Shown: positions 40,365-52,620 of the stretch, in pieces
Numbering within the stretch: position 1 is the stretch's first letter
Layout of the letters: every line of letters begins with the position of its first letter
NCBI RefSeq assembly: GCF_009914755.1
Contig: NC_060926.1
Origin: the human T2T-CHM13v2.0 reference genome, Homo sapiens
Strand: one strand, 5' to 3'
Length of the DNA stretch: 64,000 bases
Position numbers and translations under genes: made by a program
The notes under the pieces: generated by a model
What the model was told of the DNA's origin: nothing
Databases searched by the model: none
The model's input: only the letters and a program-made list of their open reading frames with translations

Positions 40365-40470
40365 TATTTATTACTTACAGGATACTTCCTATGTAGCAGG
40401 TAGTTCTAAACCCTGCAACTTATTAATTCATTGAATCCTCCTAACAACCCTATGGGGTAGGTACTAATCA
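40365..40470 (-). mobile_element. MIR fragment
   Basis: tattaattcattgaatcctcctaacaaccctatggggtaggtacta. Confidence 0.75.
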
Positions 40471-40857
40471 GTGGCCAGAGATGATTCTGAGTGGTAGTCA
40501 TCCAGTCCTTCAGAAACTCTGTGAGTCTGGCAGAGGTTAAGAACCTGGAGTGGTTTCTGGGGTGGTGGGCTGTAGACCCTCTAGCTGGCTTCCCCTTGGC
40601 CTGTGCCAGAATGCGTACGAGTGGCGCAAGGCAGAGTTGATGCCATCCTGAACTGTGTCCCATCTCTGCCCATGCATAAACTTTTCTGCTGTAGTGAATG
40701 CTCCTTTTGATGAGTAATACAGGAATCTTGTTGAAATGACAGGTATTTGGGATTGTTACTTTTGCTCATGGCAAATTCCTAAGAGGACCATGCCTGATTT
40801 GGAAGGGATATGGGGGAACAGGTCATGTATCAAGAAGTCCATCATGATGATACCAAA

Positions 40858-41259
40858 TATATTAGTCTCTTCTTGCACTGCTATACAGAAATACCTGAGA
40901 TTGAGTAATTTATATAGAAAAGAGGTTTAATTGGCTCACAGTTCTGCAGGCTATACAGGAAGCATGGCTGGCAGAGGGGGCAGGGTCTCAGGAAACTTTC
41001 AATAATGGCAGAAGGTGAACGGGAAACCAGGCACATCTTGCAGGCTTGTCTTACATGGCTGGAGCGGGAGGAAGAAGAGAGGAGGGGGTGGTGCTACACA
41101 CTTTTAAACAATTAGATAGCCCACTCACTATAATGAGAACAGCACCAAAGGGGAAATTCATCCACGTGATCCAATCACTTCCCACCAAGCCTTACTCCAA
41201 CACTGGGGATTACAATTTGACATGAGATTTGGGTGGGGATCCAGACCCAAACCATATCA
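40858..41259 (-). mobile_element. MSTA-like MaLR solo LTR
   Basis: attagtctcttcttgcactgctatacagaaatacctgaga...gaaaagaggtttaattggctcacagttctgcaggct...catgagatttgggtgggga...aaaccatatca. Confidence 0.9.
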
Positions 41260-41510
41260 CCGTATTAGACCCACTCTGCATTCTGCAGCTCTTTATCCTT
41301 TCATACTAAAGTCTCAGGATGACCAAAACATTTCTTCTTGGTTCTCACTCAGATGGGCTTCTTCCCAACTTAAAATATAAACTACTCTTCAGGAAGCACT
41401 GTGGCTTACTAAATAAACAGTGAGTGATCCTCAGTGCTCATCACAGTGCTGGGCACTTGGTCAATGCTCAAAAACATGCTGAATAAATGAATGCAAAAAA
41501 GTCTTTCCTC

Positions 41511-41672
41511 CTCCCACACCTGCCCACCAGAGAACAACCCCCCTTTGACTATAATTTTCCTTTACCTACCCAAATCTTATAAAATGGCCCCACCCATATC
41601 TCCCTTCGCTGACTCTCTATTCGGACTCAGCCCGCCTGCACCCAGGTGAAATAAACAGCCTTGTTGCACACA
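41511..41672 (+). mobile_element. LTR7 (HERV-H LTR) fragment: distal U3 plus R only
   Basis: cctgcccaccagagaacaacccccctttgact...tataaaatggccccaccc...tctcccttcgctgactctc...ggactcagcccgcctgcacccaggtgaaataaacagccttgttgc is the characteristic HERV-H LTR core; TATAAAA 41578-41584, AATAAA 41650-41655. Confidence 0.92.
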
Positions 41673-41690
41673 CACACACACACACACACA
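41667..41690. repeat. (CA)12 microsatellite at the end of the LTR7 fragment
   Basis: Perfect CA run directly after ttgttg. Confidence 0.9.
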
Positions 41691-41749
41691 AAGAATTCAT
41701 TGCTCTTAGCTTTTGCACTGTTTCCTTTTGTAGACCTTCCTACATAAGT

Positions 41750-41907
41750 ATTTGTGTATATGTCTGTATTTCCTGAATGAATAACTCCAAGTTTCTTGAG
41801 GATAGGGGCCTGTCCCTTATTAATTTCTCTAAGTCCAACACATTGTACAGTGCCAAGCGCAGAGTGGAGGTACTCAGTATAAGTCTGTTGAAATTCAGTG
41901 AAATGAA
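41750..41907 (+). mobile_element. L2 3' end
   Basis: aagtttcttgaggataggggcctgtc...tacagtgccaagcgcagagtggaggtactcagtataagtctgttgaa. Confidence 0.7.
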
Positions 41908-42939
41908 GGCAGAGTGATCTGATACTTTGGCTGGCTTTCAGAAAAATCATCTAGCATAGGAATAGAAAAACTAGAAATGAAGGGAGCCAGGGCTACACTC
42001 CCCAAGAGTGATAAATTGAGAAATAAGTTTTAAGCCTGGGAGTGCATTTTGAAGCAAATTGGCAAGAGATATGGGCCATAAGCACATTTCTCAAGGTCTG
42101 TGTCATTCCTTGGTGGAATTTTCGGAGGCAGACCTAGCCTGGAATGGTCTTCTCCTTTCCTGACCTCCTGTGTCTCCCATTAACTTCTTTAGTTTGTTAT
42201 TGGTTTATTGTCCTGTGCTATTAACTGTATCCTCAATGTTTATGTTTTATCTTTACAGCTTGATTGAGAGCTATTTAAGGGTGATTCCTTCTTGGGCTTT
42301 CTTATGTCTCCCTTTTATCAGGTTCTGGGAGCCTCTTCCCCTCTTTCCAACATCTCTCTCTCTTTACAGCAGGCCTTGGGAAACTCCCTGTCCTCCAAAA
42401 GCCTCTTTCCCACCATTCTGCTTGAGGTTTCTGGCTCCAGTCTTGTAACTCTCTGATTTCTTTCTGCCTTTTCTGCTTTTGCAGAGAAATTTTGGTTCAA
42501 TCCCTTGCTTCCTTCTGGTTTGCAGCTTTGCCTTCAATGAAATCCTTTGGATTCCTTGTGCTTAAAACTCTGGTTGCAGGCCAGTCATTCCTCTCTCTCA
42601 TTTCTCCATCCAGTCTGACTCTAGGCTTTTCCCCAGGTTCTTGGCCATGGGCCCTGGCTTGTCTTGGAGGAGAGTTTGCCCAAAGTGAAGCACTGAGTAA
42701 ATATTTGATACCTGATGACACATGCTTTCCATGATTCTTTCTCCCATTAAAAGAGCTGTTGTTATTAGTTTTTTAATCCGAGGAATTTTATCTTTATCTT
42801 GAAAATATATATAAATGTTTATTAGGTTATTTAATTTCATCTAGATCTTAGGAAAGCATGGATTACTAAAATTCATATGTGGTGTAATATTTTGCCGCCT
42901 CCTTGTGAAGCATGACTTGGAAAAAGAAATACATAGTTA

Positions 42940-43140
42940 GTTGGCTGACCCTGGTTGCTATCTTGGGCAAATCATTTACCTCTCTGAACTTGGCTCTTTT
43001 CTGTAAAATGAAAACAGAAACGGAGGTCATAGATATGGCATAGAAGTTTGGTGAGGCCCAGTTGTGTTAACATTTGTGAAAGAATTTGTAAACATTAAAG
43101 TTTAAAGTTTATTTGTTATGCATATATAAACATTATTATT
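42940..43140 (+). mobile_element. MIR
   Basis: tcttgggcaaatcatttacctctctgaacttggctcttttctgtaaaatga. Confidence 0.7.
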
Positions 43141-43219
43141 CTTATATGTGATTAAAACTGTAGCCAAGCACTCTAAAAGTTTTCCTCCTACCCAAGAGAT
43201 ATCAAAATGGAATGCTGTG

Positions 43220-43385
43220 TTTTATTACAACTGGCTAAAACAACTAAAGAACTTTGAATGTGAGTGACTCCCTTACATCAGTCCTTACTGAAAACTTTCT
43301 TTACCTACACACAATAGGACGTGTTGGAACACTCATGGACACTGCACAGCTCTATTGGCTCGTTCCACACTGTGCAGAGAGCAAG
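43220..43385. repeat. Diverged local direct repeat, copy A (copy B at 45247-45423)
   Basis: Shared blocks ttttattacaa, gctaaaaca, taaagaact, tgagtgactccct, tccttactgaa, ttctttacctaca, acaatagga, tgttggaacac, ttccacactgt. Confidence 0.9.
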
Positions 43386-43419
43386 TTTGACATAACCACT
43401 ATCAACTCATTTGTGAATA

Positions 43420-43654
43420 CAGGTTGAATATCCCAAATGTAAAAATGAAAAACTAAAATGCTCAAAAATCCAAAATGTTTTGAGCACTAACATCATGCTC
43501 AAGGGATATGCTCATTGGAACATTTAGGATTTTAGATTTTTGGATTTAGGTTGCTCAATCAGCAAGTCTAATGCAAATATTCCAAAATCTAAAAGGATCC
43601 AAAATCTGAAACACTTCTGATTGCAAGCATTTTGGATATAGAATAGTCAACCTT
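43420..43654 (+). mobile_element. Tigger4a (MER46) MITE
   Basis: ta|caggttgaatatccc...atgctcattggaacattt...aacacttctg...gaatagtcaacct; opposite orientation to the 6166 copy. Confidence 0.85.
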
Positions 43655-43768
43655 AAAATTCCCAACTTTTACCTTTAACCTAGTTCAGTACATTTCTTCA
43701 TTGGAATATATTCTCTTGCCTGGCAACCAAATAAACTTGTACATTCTTTTTTTAAAAATGTATTTATT

Positions 43769-44094
43769 GGCCAGGCTCAGTGGCTCATGCCTATAATCCC
43801 AGCACTTTGGGAGGCTGAGGTGGGCAGATCACTTGAGGTCAGGAGTTTGAGACCAGCCTGGCCAGCATGGTGAAACCCCGTCTCTACTAAAGAAACACAA
43901 AAAATTAGCTGGGCATGGTGATGCGTGCCTATAATCCCAGCTACTCGGGAGGCTGAGGCAGGAGAATTGCTTGAACTCAGGAGGCGGAGCTTGCGTGAGC
44001 TGAGATCGCGCCACTGCATTCCAGCCTGGGCAACAGAGCGAGACTCTGTCACAGACACACACACACAGACACACACACACACAGACACACACAC
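43769..44094 (+). mobile_element. AluS (Sx/Sz-like) with a (CA)n/cagaca tail instead of poly(A)
   Basis: Full dimer; tail 44050-44094 is an interrupted CA repeat. Confidence 0.95.
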
Positions 44095-44109
44095 AAAGTA
44101 TTTATTATT

Positions 44110-44423
<314 letters not shown>

Positions 44424-44639
44424 TTAAGTCCAGTGAACTTTATTATTTGACAGCATTATCTGCTGTCCCAACCTCACCTCTTCCTGTATTAGTCATGAGT
44501 TTTCTTCTTGCTCCATCTAATTAAGTGTTGGGAACACATCTACCAACCTCAAGTCCCACCTCCTCCATGATTCTTCTCTGATTCATGTCCAGAGATTTCT
44601 CCCTTTGCTGAATTTCTTTCATGGTAAAGAACATTTGCC

Positions 44640-45034
44640 GTCTTTTGGCCTCCCTTCTTGCATTCCTCCCTCCTGATAGCAACCTCAGTGCCCTTTGGGG
44701 GAATTACTCAGTGGGTGGAGTTGCAGAGAAATGATAAACCCAGAGGCTCTGCCCTCCTACGTGAGAGGCTGAGAAATCCATACAGTTCTTTTCCATTAGA
44801 TCCTTCCTATTATTGCCCCAGTATGGTCAAAGGGACCAGCCCACTGGACTCTTTCTACTGAGACTTTGAATCTTGAGTAGAATCTTGGAAGACACGAAGA
44901 ACTGTTAATTCATTTTGAGGCTTCATGCCTCTTCAGCCTTCTTTTCTATCCCATGATACTCCATGTGCTTACACTAAGTTTCTTTTCTACTTCAGTCACT
45001 GTTTCATGCAACAAACATAACCCTAAATGATGCA
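44640..45034 (+). mobile_element. Possible ancient ERVL/MaLR LTR relic
   Basis: 3' end tgcaacaaacataaccctaaatgatgca resembles old LTR termini (ttgcaaccaaagaaccctaactgataca); body very degenerate. Confidence 0.35.
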
Positions 45035-45246
45035 TTATTTATTTCATTTAATTAAACCTGCCATCTAATGCTACACATTAAAATTTAAGCATTTCCTGAG
45101 TACTTGTCTTGTCAGCTAGATTCTTTAACTAGATTATTGTATTAGCCTATTATCCTATGAGTCAACTAGATTCTTTGCTCCATGAGGTCAGAAACCATAT
45201 CTTATTTTTCTCTGGATGCCTCTCCCTGTCAGTGTCCTAGGATGCA

Positions 45247-45423
45247 TTTTATTACAAATAGCTAAAACACTTAAAGAACTATAAACCTGAGTGACTCCCT
45301 GACACCACTCCTTACTGAACCTAACTGAAAATTTTCTTTACCTACAAACAATAGGATATGTTGGAACACCTACATACAGTGCACGGATCTATCAGCTTAT
45401 TCCACACTGTCCAAAGAGCTAAG
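45247..45423. repeat. Diverged local direct repeat, copy B
   Basis: Aligns by eye to 43220-43385 with an extra cctaactgaa-type insertion near 45320. Confidence 0.9.
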
Positions 45424-46065
45424 ACTCTATGAACTTTTGTTGATTAGTAGATAATAGACAGCTGGAGCTTCTTAATACCAGACTTACGCACCTAACCTTT
45501 TGGGGAAATGTGCTCCAAAGGTCTGTGGCAAGGACTCTGGATCCACTGTTGCATGTTTGAGCGCCTCTGGACAAGTCTTTAGAACTTTTCCTTTAATTTG
45601 CCTTTGCTTCCTTCAAGGGGAAAATGAGATGAATAAATGACCTCCATCAGCTAACCACACAGGAGTGGTTTGATGCAGAATCCAATGTGCCAAACACGGC
45701 TGTGCTTTGAGCTTCTTAGAAGTATCTACTATATAAATACTATATGGGTATAACCAGAAAGATTTAGTTTTGAAAATAAAATGTACCCTTCCTGCTCCTC
45801 ATAACCCTTTGTTAAGGCATGTGCCTATTAATCTTCCCCAGGGATATGTATATTTCAATAGGAAGAGTGAAGCTGGAGTTTGGCACATCCCTATTTCTTC
45901 TCTCCCTCTTCCTTTCTGTTTTGCACACTGCATCTGCCATCACAACGCACTGACACATTACATGGTTAGGTCTGTTTATCTACTCAAGATATCTTTATTG
46001 GACACCTACTCTGTGAGGTGCTGGAACAGGCTCTGAGAACATGACGTATAAAAATACTGTGCTTG

Positions 46066-46381
46066 GGCTGGGCGCGGTGGCTCACACCTGTAATCTCAGC
46101 ACTTTGGGAGGCCAAGGAGGGTGGGTCATCTGAGGTCAGGAGTTTGAGACCAGCCAGGCCAACATGGTGAAACCCTGTCTTTACTAAAAATACAAAAACT
46201 TAGCTGGGAGTGGTGATGTATGCCTGTAATTCCAATTACTCAGGAGGCTGAGGCGGGAGAATTGCTTGAACCTGGGAGGCAGAGTTTGCAGTGAGCCGAG
46301 ACCACACCACTGCCCTCTAGCCTGGGCGAAAGAGTGAGAGAGACTGTCTCAAAAAACAAAAAACAAAAACAAATAAAAAAA
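46066..46381 (+). mobile_element. AluS (Sx-like) inserted in an antisense L2
   Basis: ggctgggcgcggtggctcacacctgtaatc...; A-rich tail; degenerate TSD aaaatactgtgctt / aaaaaactgtcctt. Confidence 0.95.
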
Positions 46382-46419
46382 ACTGTCCTTTGTCACTAGG
46401 TAAGACAGAGATGCATGCA

Positions 46420-46560
46420 TCCCTTCATTCATTTGTTCAACAAATATTTATGGAGTTGACTATGTGCCAGACACTCTTCTGGGTTCCAGGATATGGTAGT
46501 GAATAATGCAAACTCCCCTTTGAATTCTCTAGGACACATGCTACAATAGAGGCACATGCA
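46420..46560 (-). mobile_element. L2 3' fragment
   Basis: ttcattcatttgttcaacaaatatttatggagttgactatgtgccagacactcttctggg. Confidence 0.8.
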
Positions 46561-47901
46561 AGTTTCAGTGAGAATGATCTCCCAAGGGAGGCCTCCTGGG
46601 ACTGAGTCTCAAGGGCATACATGGCAGGAATTAATAGAACGGAAGAGGACACAGATGAACTTGTGTGGAGTTCCATATCATTATAGAAGAGCACAGAAAT
46701 GTGAAGATGGAACAGATCAAGGACCAGGAGCCAGTGGCAGAAGGGATTCCTTATTTTATGAATATAAAACCAGTCCCTGATAACATGAAAAAAAAAATTT
46801 AACTGTTTGAAGCTTCCTCCTCCAAATTCGACCCACCGATGATGGGTCTGAAAAATTTTACCTGCTTGGTTTGCAAGAGGCATTTGATGTTTATTATTCA
46901 ATCTTTCTATGGAGCAACCATTGCAGGATTGGAACTTCTTTGCATTAAAAGCAGCAGTTGCATAGCATGGTATTCCTGAATTTCTCTCATAGGTAGAGGA
47001 TGTTTTTATTATTTTAAGATGCAAGCCAAGTATTATCAGAAGGCATAGGCACTTGGGAGTTACCAAAATTTCAGATGATTCACAAGCTGGCAGTGACAGA
47101 CGGTGACATCTTGATTTAACACTCCCCTGGTGAAGAGGGAAACAGCAATTTTTAAAACTGCATCCATGACTGTGTTTGGGTCACTTTTGAACCATTTGTA
47201 TGTAATTCAGGATTTACTGGATTTTTTTGAACATTCAAATGTAATTCCAGGCTTAACAAGTTGCTCTGCAAACTATCAAATATTTATATTGTTTTTTTTC
47301 CAAATGTATTTATTATTTACTGTACAGTCTATGAAATATTTACACTGATTTTTAAAGAAAAGATATACATTATTTACATTGCCTTGAAATTTCTCCTGAT
47401 GCAGGTAAAATGACACAGCACAGAAGGCTGAAAGACTCCCAGGGATGCCTCTCAGGTTTGTCAGTAAACGCACGGAGGCTCTGTCCCTCAGGAAAACACC
47501 TGACAGTGGAGTTATGTAATTAAAACAAGGTGGGGATCACCCAGGTTTCCTTGGAGTCCCTACTTCCTCATAGTTCTTGGGTCTCCAATGGCAAGAGGGA
47601 AAGTTGGAACGGTTCCTACCAGCTTCTCTCTTTATTCTCCCAGGTTTCCAGGTGCCTTTCCTTACAGGATGGGCAGCACCTTGATTTTCTCTCTGGGACC
47701 CAGAATATCCCCAGCTGCAGAAGGAATGATTCTTTTCCAGGAAAATAGAGTTGAGGTTCCCCAGATTGAACTGACTGTCAAACTTAACTGGCAATATTAT
47801 TAATAACATGTATTCTCAGCCTCTATCTTATCCCAGGAGATTCTGAGTATGTCAGTTTGGGATGCTGCCTGGTAATCTATAGTCTTAAAAATGTGCCTGT
47901 A

Positions 47902-48486
<585 letters not shown>

Positions 48487-49260
48487 CTATCGATTCTGAT
48501 TGTCTAGTAAGTGTGGGAACCTTTGGAGGAGAACCTTATTTATGTGTGTTTTCTTTTAATTTGAAACATACTTAGATGATTCTCAGTCTCCTCTCATCTG
48601 GCTGTCCACCCTCTCTTACCTTGTTTGTAGATGTCTGAAATCACCCTACTAAGTCTTGGTGAATGACTCATCCCCACTCAGGACTGGTGTGGGATATTGG
48701 TATGGGACATTAGCACATGGTCCTTTTCTTAGGCAGATGCCCTCTTGACGAATTGATCTCATAAAATGATGCCTTGACATTCTTATCTTTGCAACCACTA
48801 CTGAACTTTCTTTCCTGATAGTAACGTCTTCAGTCCATGCTTCCCTGAGTCACATGACCTACTTCAGCTTTGTTTACAGCTCTACCATAGCTGGTTTTGG
48901 GGATTTGCCATTAGATACTCTTAGAATCTGTCTTGAAAGAAACCTGAATATAGGACTTAGGATCCTACTTAAGTATGCATTTTTTTAATTTAATTTAATT
49001 TATTATTATTATTATTATTATTATTTGCTATTTAGCTTAACACATTTCCACCTTAGTGACTAGAAACTGGTTTCTGGGAGCATTTTTGGTTTTGGATCTC
49101 AGTTGCAATGTTGAAATTTGTAGGTTGGCCTAAGTCAAGTAGAAGATACTGTGTATCTAGGCCTGTGATTAGTGCTGTGGGGTAGAAAGAAGAGGAAGAC
49201 TTTGCTCCTTCTCCATAAAATTTTTACATTCTGGTCAAGAGGATAAAACCAATGTATACA

Positions 49261-50040
49261 TGTTAGTTAGGATAGGCTGCAGTAACAAACAACTTTGCTT
49301 TCTAGTCTCAGAAACTTTAAAAACAGGATTTATTTCTTATTAAATTACAAATCAAGCAAGAATTATCAGGGAGATTCTGCTTATTTTTGTCTTGTGTGGT
49401 TTGTTTTTAAATCACTCTATTGAAGTATAATTTACACACAATGAACTGGATTTATTTTAAGAGTACAATCCAATGAGTTATGACGTGTCACCATAATCTA
49501 TACATAGATCATTTCCATCACCCAAAAAATTCTCCTGGTATCCTTTCACAGGATGCCACCATCCTCTGCCCTATGCAACCACTGATACAGCACTGCAGAT
49601 TTCTGTCACCATAGATTAGTTTTATCTGTTCCACAATTTCATAGAAATGCAATCATACAGAACATACTTTTTTCTGTCTAGCTTCTTTCAGTTAACATGC
49701 TTTTGTGATTCATCCATGTTAGTGTGTGTATCAGTAGCTCATTCATTTTATTGTTGGAGTAGTATAGATTCTGCTTATCACAGTCACTTAGGATCCAGAC
49801 TGATAGGGGCCTTGTCTCAACAAATGCTTCCAGGATTGATGACTGACGCTGGGGAAAGGACTCTAGAGGGTCTCTCACCAGCAATTAAATGGCGTAGCCT
49901 GAAAGTGATATGTCACTTCTGACTACAACTCATTGGCCAGAACTACTCCTGTGGGCTTCCCCCACCCCAAATAGCAGGAAGGGTGGAAAAGGACAATTCC
50001 CTTGTGTGCCTAAAAGGAGGAGAACAGAGTATTGTCATTT
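49261..50040 (-). mobile_element. MLT1 (K/L-like) LTR split by an L1 3' end
   Basis: gttagttaggataggctgcagtaacaaacaac...tttatttctt; resumes 49779 with cagtcacttaggatccagactga...gaaagtgatatgtcacttc...ctcattggccagaacta. Confidence 0.75.
49385..49765 (-). mobile_element. L1MB7/8-like 3' end, 5'-truncated
   Basis: tattgaagtataatttacacaca...catttccatcacccaaaaaattc...catagattagttt...gattcatccatgtt; perfect 13-bp TSD agattctgcttat (49372-49384, 49766-49778). Confidence 0.88.
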
Positions 50041-50060
50041 ACCATAGTATGAAGAGGATA

Positions 50061-50826
50061 CAGATTAACCCTTGAACAATGTGGGAGTTAAGGGTGCTGA
50101 ACCCCCATGCAGTGAAAAAATCTGTATAAAACTTTTGACTTGGCCGGGTGCAATGGCTCACACCTGTAATCCCAGCATTTTGGGAGGCCGAGGTGAGTGG
50201 GTCACCTGAGGTCAGGAGTTCGAGACCAGCCTGGCCAACATTGTGAAACCCTGTCTTTACTAAAAATACAAAAATCAGCCAGTGTGGTGGCATGCGCCTG
50301 TAATCCCAGCTACTTGGGAGGCTGAGGCAGGAAAATCGGCTTGAACCCAGGAGGCGGAGGTTGCAGTGAGCCGAGATCGTGCCACTGCACTTCAGCCTGG
50401 GTGACAAAGTGAGACTCTATCTCGAAAAAAAAAGAAAAGAAAAGAAAAGAAAACTTTTGACTCCCCTAAACTTAACCAATAGCTCACTGTTAATCAGAAG
50501 CCTTACCTATAACATAAACAGTCAATTAACACATTTTTTATGTTAGATGTATTATATGCTCTGTCCTTATAATACAGCAAGCTAGAGATAAAGAAATGTT
50601 ATTAAGAAAATCATAAAGAAGAGAAAATATATTTACTATTCATTAAGTGGAAGTGGGTTATCAAAAAGGTATTCATCCTTTTCATCTTCACACTGAGTAG
50701 GCAGAGGAAGAGGAAGAAGAGAAGAGGAAGGGTTGGTCTTTCTGTCTCAGGGTTGGCAGAGGAGGAAGAAAATCCAGGTGTAAGTGTACCCATAAGTTCA
50801 ACTCCTTGTTGTTCATGGGTCACCTA
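50061..50826 (+). mobile_element. Tigger2a interrupted by an Alu
   Basis: ta|cagattaacccttgaacaa...aacataaacagtcaattaacacattt...ttcattaagtggaagtgg...ttgttcatgggtcaccta|ta. Confidence 0.85.
50142..50449 (+). mobile_element. AluSx-like
   Basis: Full dimer, (gaaaa)n tail, TSD aaaacttttgact at 50128-50140 and 50450-50462. Confidence 0.95.
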
Positions 50827-51019
50827 TATATATATAATCAAGTGCTGAGTGCAACTCATGCAGTACACGCAGTGAAGAGAGAAAGTACCTGCGAAAGGTA
50901 TAGGGTAAACCTTTGTAGGTGGGTGCAAGAGACTAGGGAGAATAACAGCAGCCACAATATCTTTGGTCATGAAGTGTACGCTATGTAACACCAGGAAAGG
51001 GGCTAAAAAATTAAATCAC

Positions 51020-51190
51020 TGTCCAATTTAATCACGATGACAACCATTTGAGATAGATACTATTTTTATTAATATCTACATTTTATAGATAAGGATATTG
51101 AGGTTTAGAGAATGTTAAATACATTTTCCAAGATCTCAGAGCTAATAAATGGTGCAGCCGGGATTTGAACTGAGAGAGTCGTAGTTTAGA
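51020..51190 (-). mobile_element. MIR
   Basis: cattttatagataaggatattgaggtttagagaatgttaaat...ccaagatctcagagctaataaatggtgcagccgggatttgaac. Confidence 0.82.
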
Positions 51191-52109
51191 GGATGGAGAA
51201 AATTCGAGTAAAAGCAAGAAAATGGAAATGAGCCTGGTGTATTTGTGGCACGAGGAAGAGACCACCCTGCCACAAACAGCAGGGTGGTCTGCAATTAGTA
51301 GAGGACCAAAGTTAGCTTTATTTCCAATTCTACATACAGTACAAGGAAATCTTCAAGACTTTTTGGGAAATAAGAGTATCTGTGGTCTTAAAAGAAGTAA
51401 AATAAGATTGCTGCCTTTGGTAAATAACTTTGACTTTTGGGGATTTGACCTTTAGTTTTTAACATGCTTTAAGACATTGCTGACCTATGGGATTATGCAT
51501 AATTTACTCCTATCATCAGTTTATAAACCTCCCTTTCCCTTGCCAAATCTTGATGGGAATGAGCATGACTAAAACTGATGTATATGGAAATTTGGATTTG
51601 TGATTCTTTTCAGGAATAACATCATAGAGCTTATTTGTGAATGGAAACAAATTTGAGTGATGGACACATATGGTAATTTGGAATAGTGAAAACAGCCATG
51701 TCCATCAGTTTTTGAAATATTTACAGGGGATGATATCTGTTGATATGGTTCTAAATTGGAATCCCTGTTGACTCAATGTGTGGTGAGTTACTCAGCCCTG
51801 AATTATTGGGCACCTGAATTATTGGCTGTTTCTTTATTGGCTATTTCTTGTTATACAGAGAGGGAGAAAATTGAGGAAAGGATAAGCATGATTCAGATAA
51901 AAGGGTAACACCAAAGAGCAAAACTCTCAGAAAGAGACAAAAAATTACCCCAGCAAGAACAAACAACAAATGATTCTGAAAATTTACCTCTTGCAAAATA
52001 TGGTTATCAAAGGGATAGTGAAAGGGATACTTTCACATTAATCATTTGTAGTACCTAACACTCATTTAATTCTTATTATATGTTAGTAGCTTGGCTAAGC
52101 ATCTTTCAA

Positions 52110-52225
52110 GGCATTTTCTTATTTAATTGTCACACCTCTTTGAGGTGGGCAGTATTGTACCCATTGTACAGATGAGGAAATTAGGGCTTCTAAGGAAAAG
52201 TAACTTGTTCAAGGTAACAGAACAA
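52110..52225 (-). mobile_element. MIR fragment
   Basis: cccattgtacagatgaggaaattagggct...aagtaacttgttcaaggtaacag. Confidence 0.75.
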
Positions 52226-52324
52226 AAACATGATTAGGCTAATGCTGTATGTCTCAGTTTTTCCCCTTAATTGATATTTGAAGATACAGTCATCATAAGG
52301 ACTTGAAGCCTTTAAAGATAATTT

Positions 52325-52620
52325 ACTTATTCATCCCATATTTACTAAGCTCCTGGTATACACCAGAGGCTATACAGGGCTTCAGAATATGTAGATGAAT
52401 AAGACATAGTCCTTGACTTGGGGACTTATTCAACCCATATATGCTAAACTAGTATATACCAGAGGCTATACAGGGCTTCAGAGTGTGTAGATGAATAAGA
52501 CATAGTCCTTGACTTTGGGGACTTATTCAAACCATATTTCCTAAACTCCTAGTATATACCAGAGGCTATATAGGGCTTCAGAGTGTGTAGATGAATAAGA
52601 CACACTCCTTGACTTGGGAG
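52325..52620. repeat. Tandem triplication of a ~99-bp L2-derived unit
   Basis: Units 52325-52423, 52424-52520 and 52521-52620 all read acttattca...accagaggctata(c/t)agggcttcaga...gtagatgaataagaca...tccttgactt. Confidence 0.95.

Noticed and set aside
43321-43377. Interleaved stems in repeat copy A (gtgttggaac/gttccacac; ctgcacag/ctgtgcag) suggesting a structured RNA
   Set aside because: The second stem is not kept in copy B, there are no compensatory changes, and I see no convincing snoRNA boxes or pre-miRNA-length hairpin.
45342-45406. Minus-strand translation WNKLIDPCTVCRCSNISYCL resembles a VWC-domain cysteine motif
   Set aside because: An in-frame TAG follows immediately, the paralogous copy loses a cysteine and the DP, most differences between copies are non-synonymous, and no other exons of such a gene are visible.
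52325-52620. Repeat array as a possible CRISPR-like locus
   Set aside because: Whole units are duplicated with no unique spacers, the unit is L2-derived and the DNA is primate.
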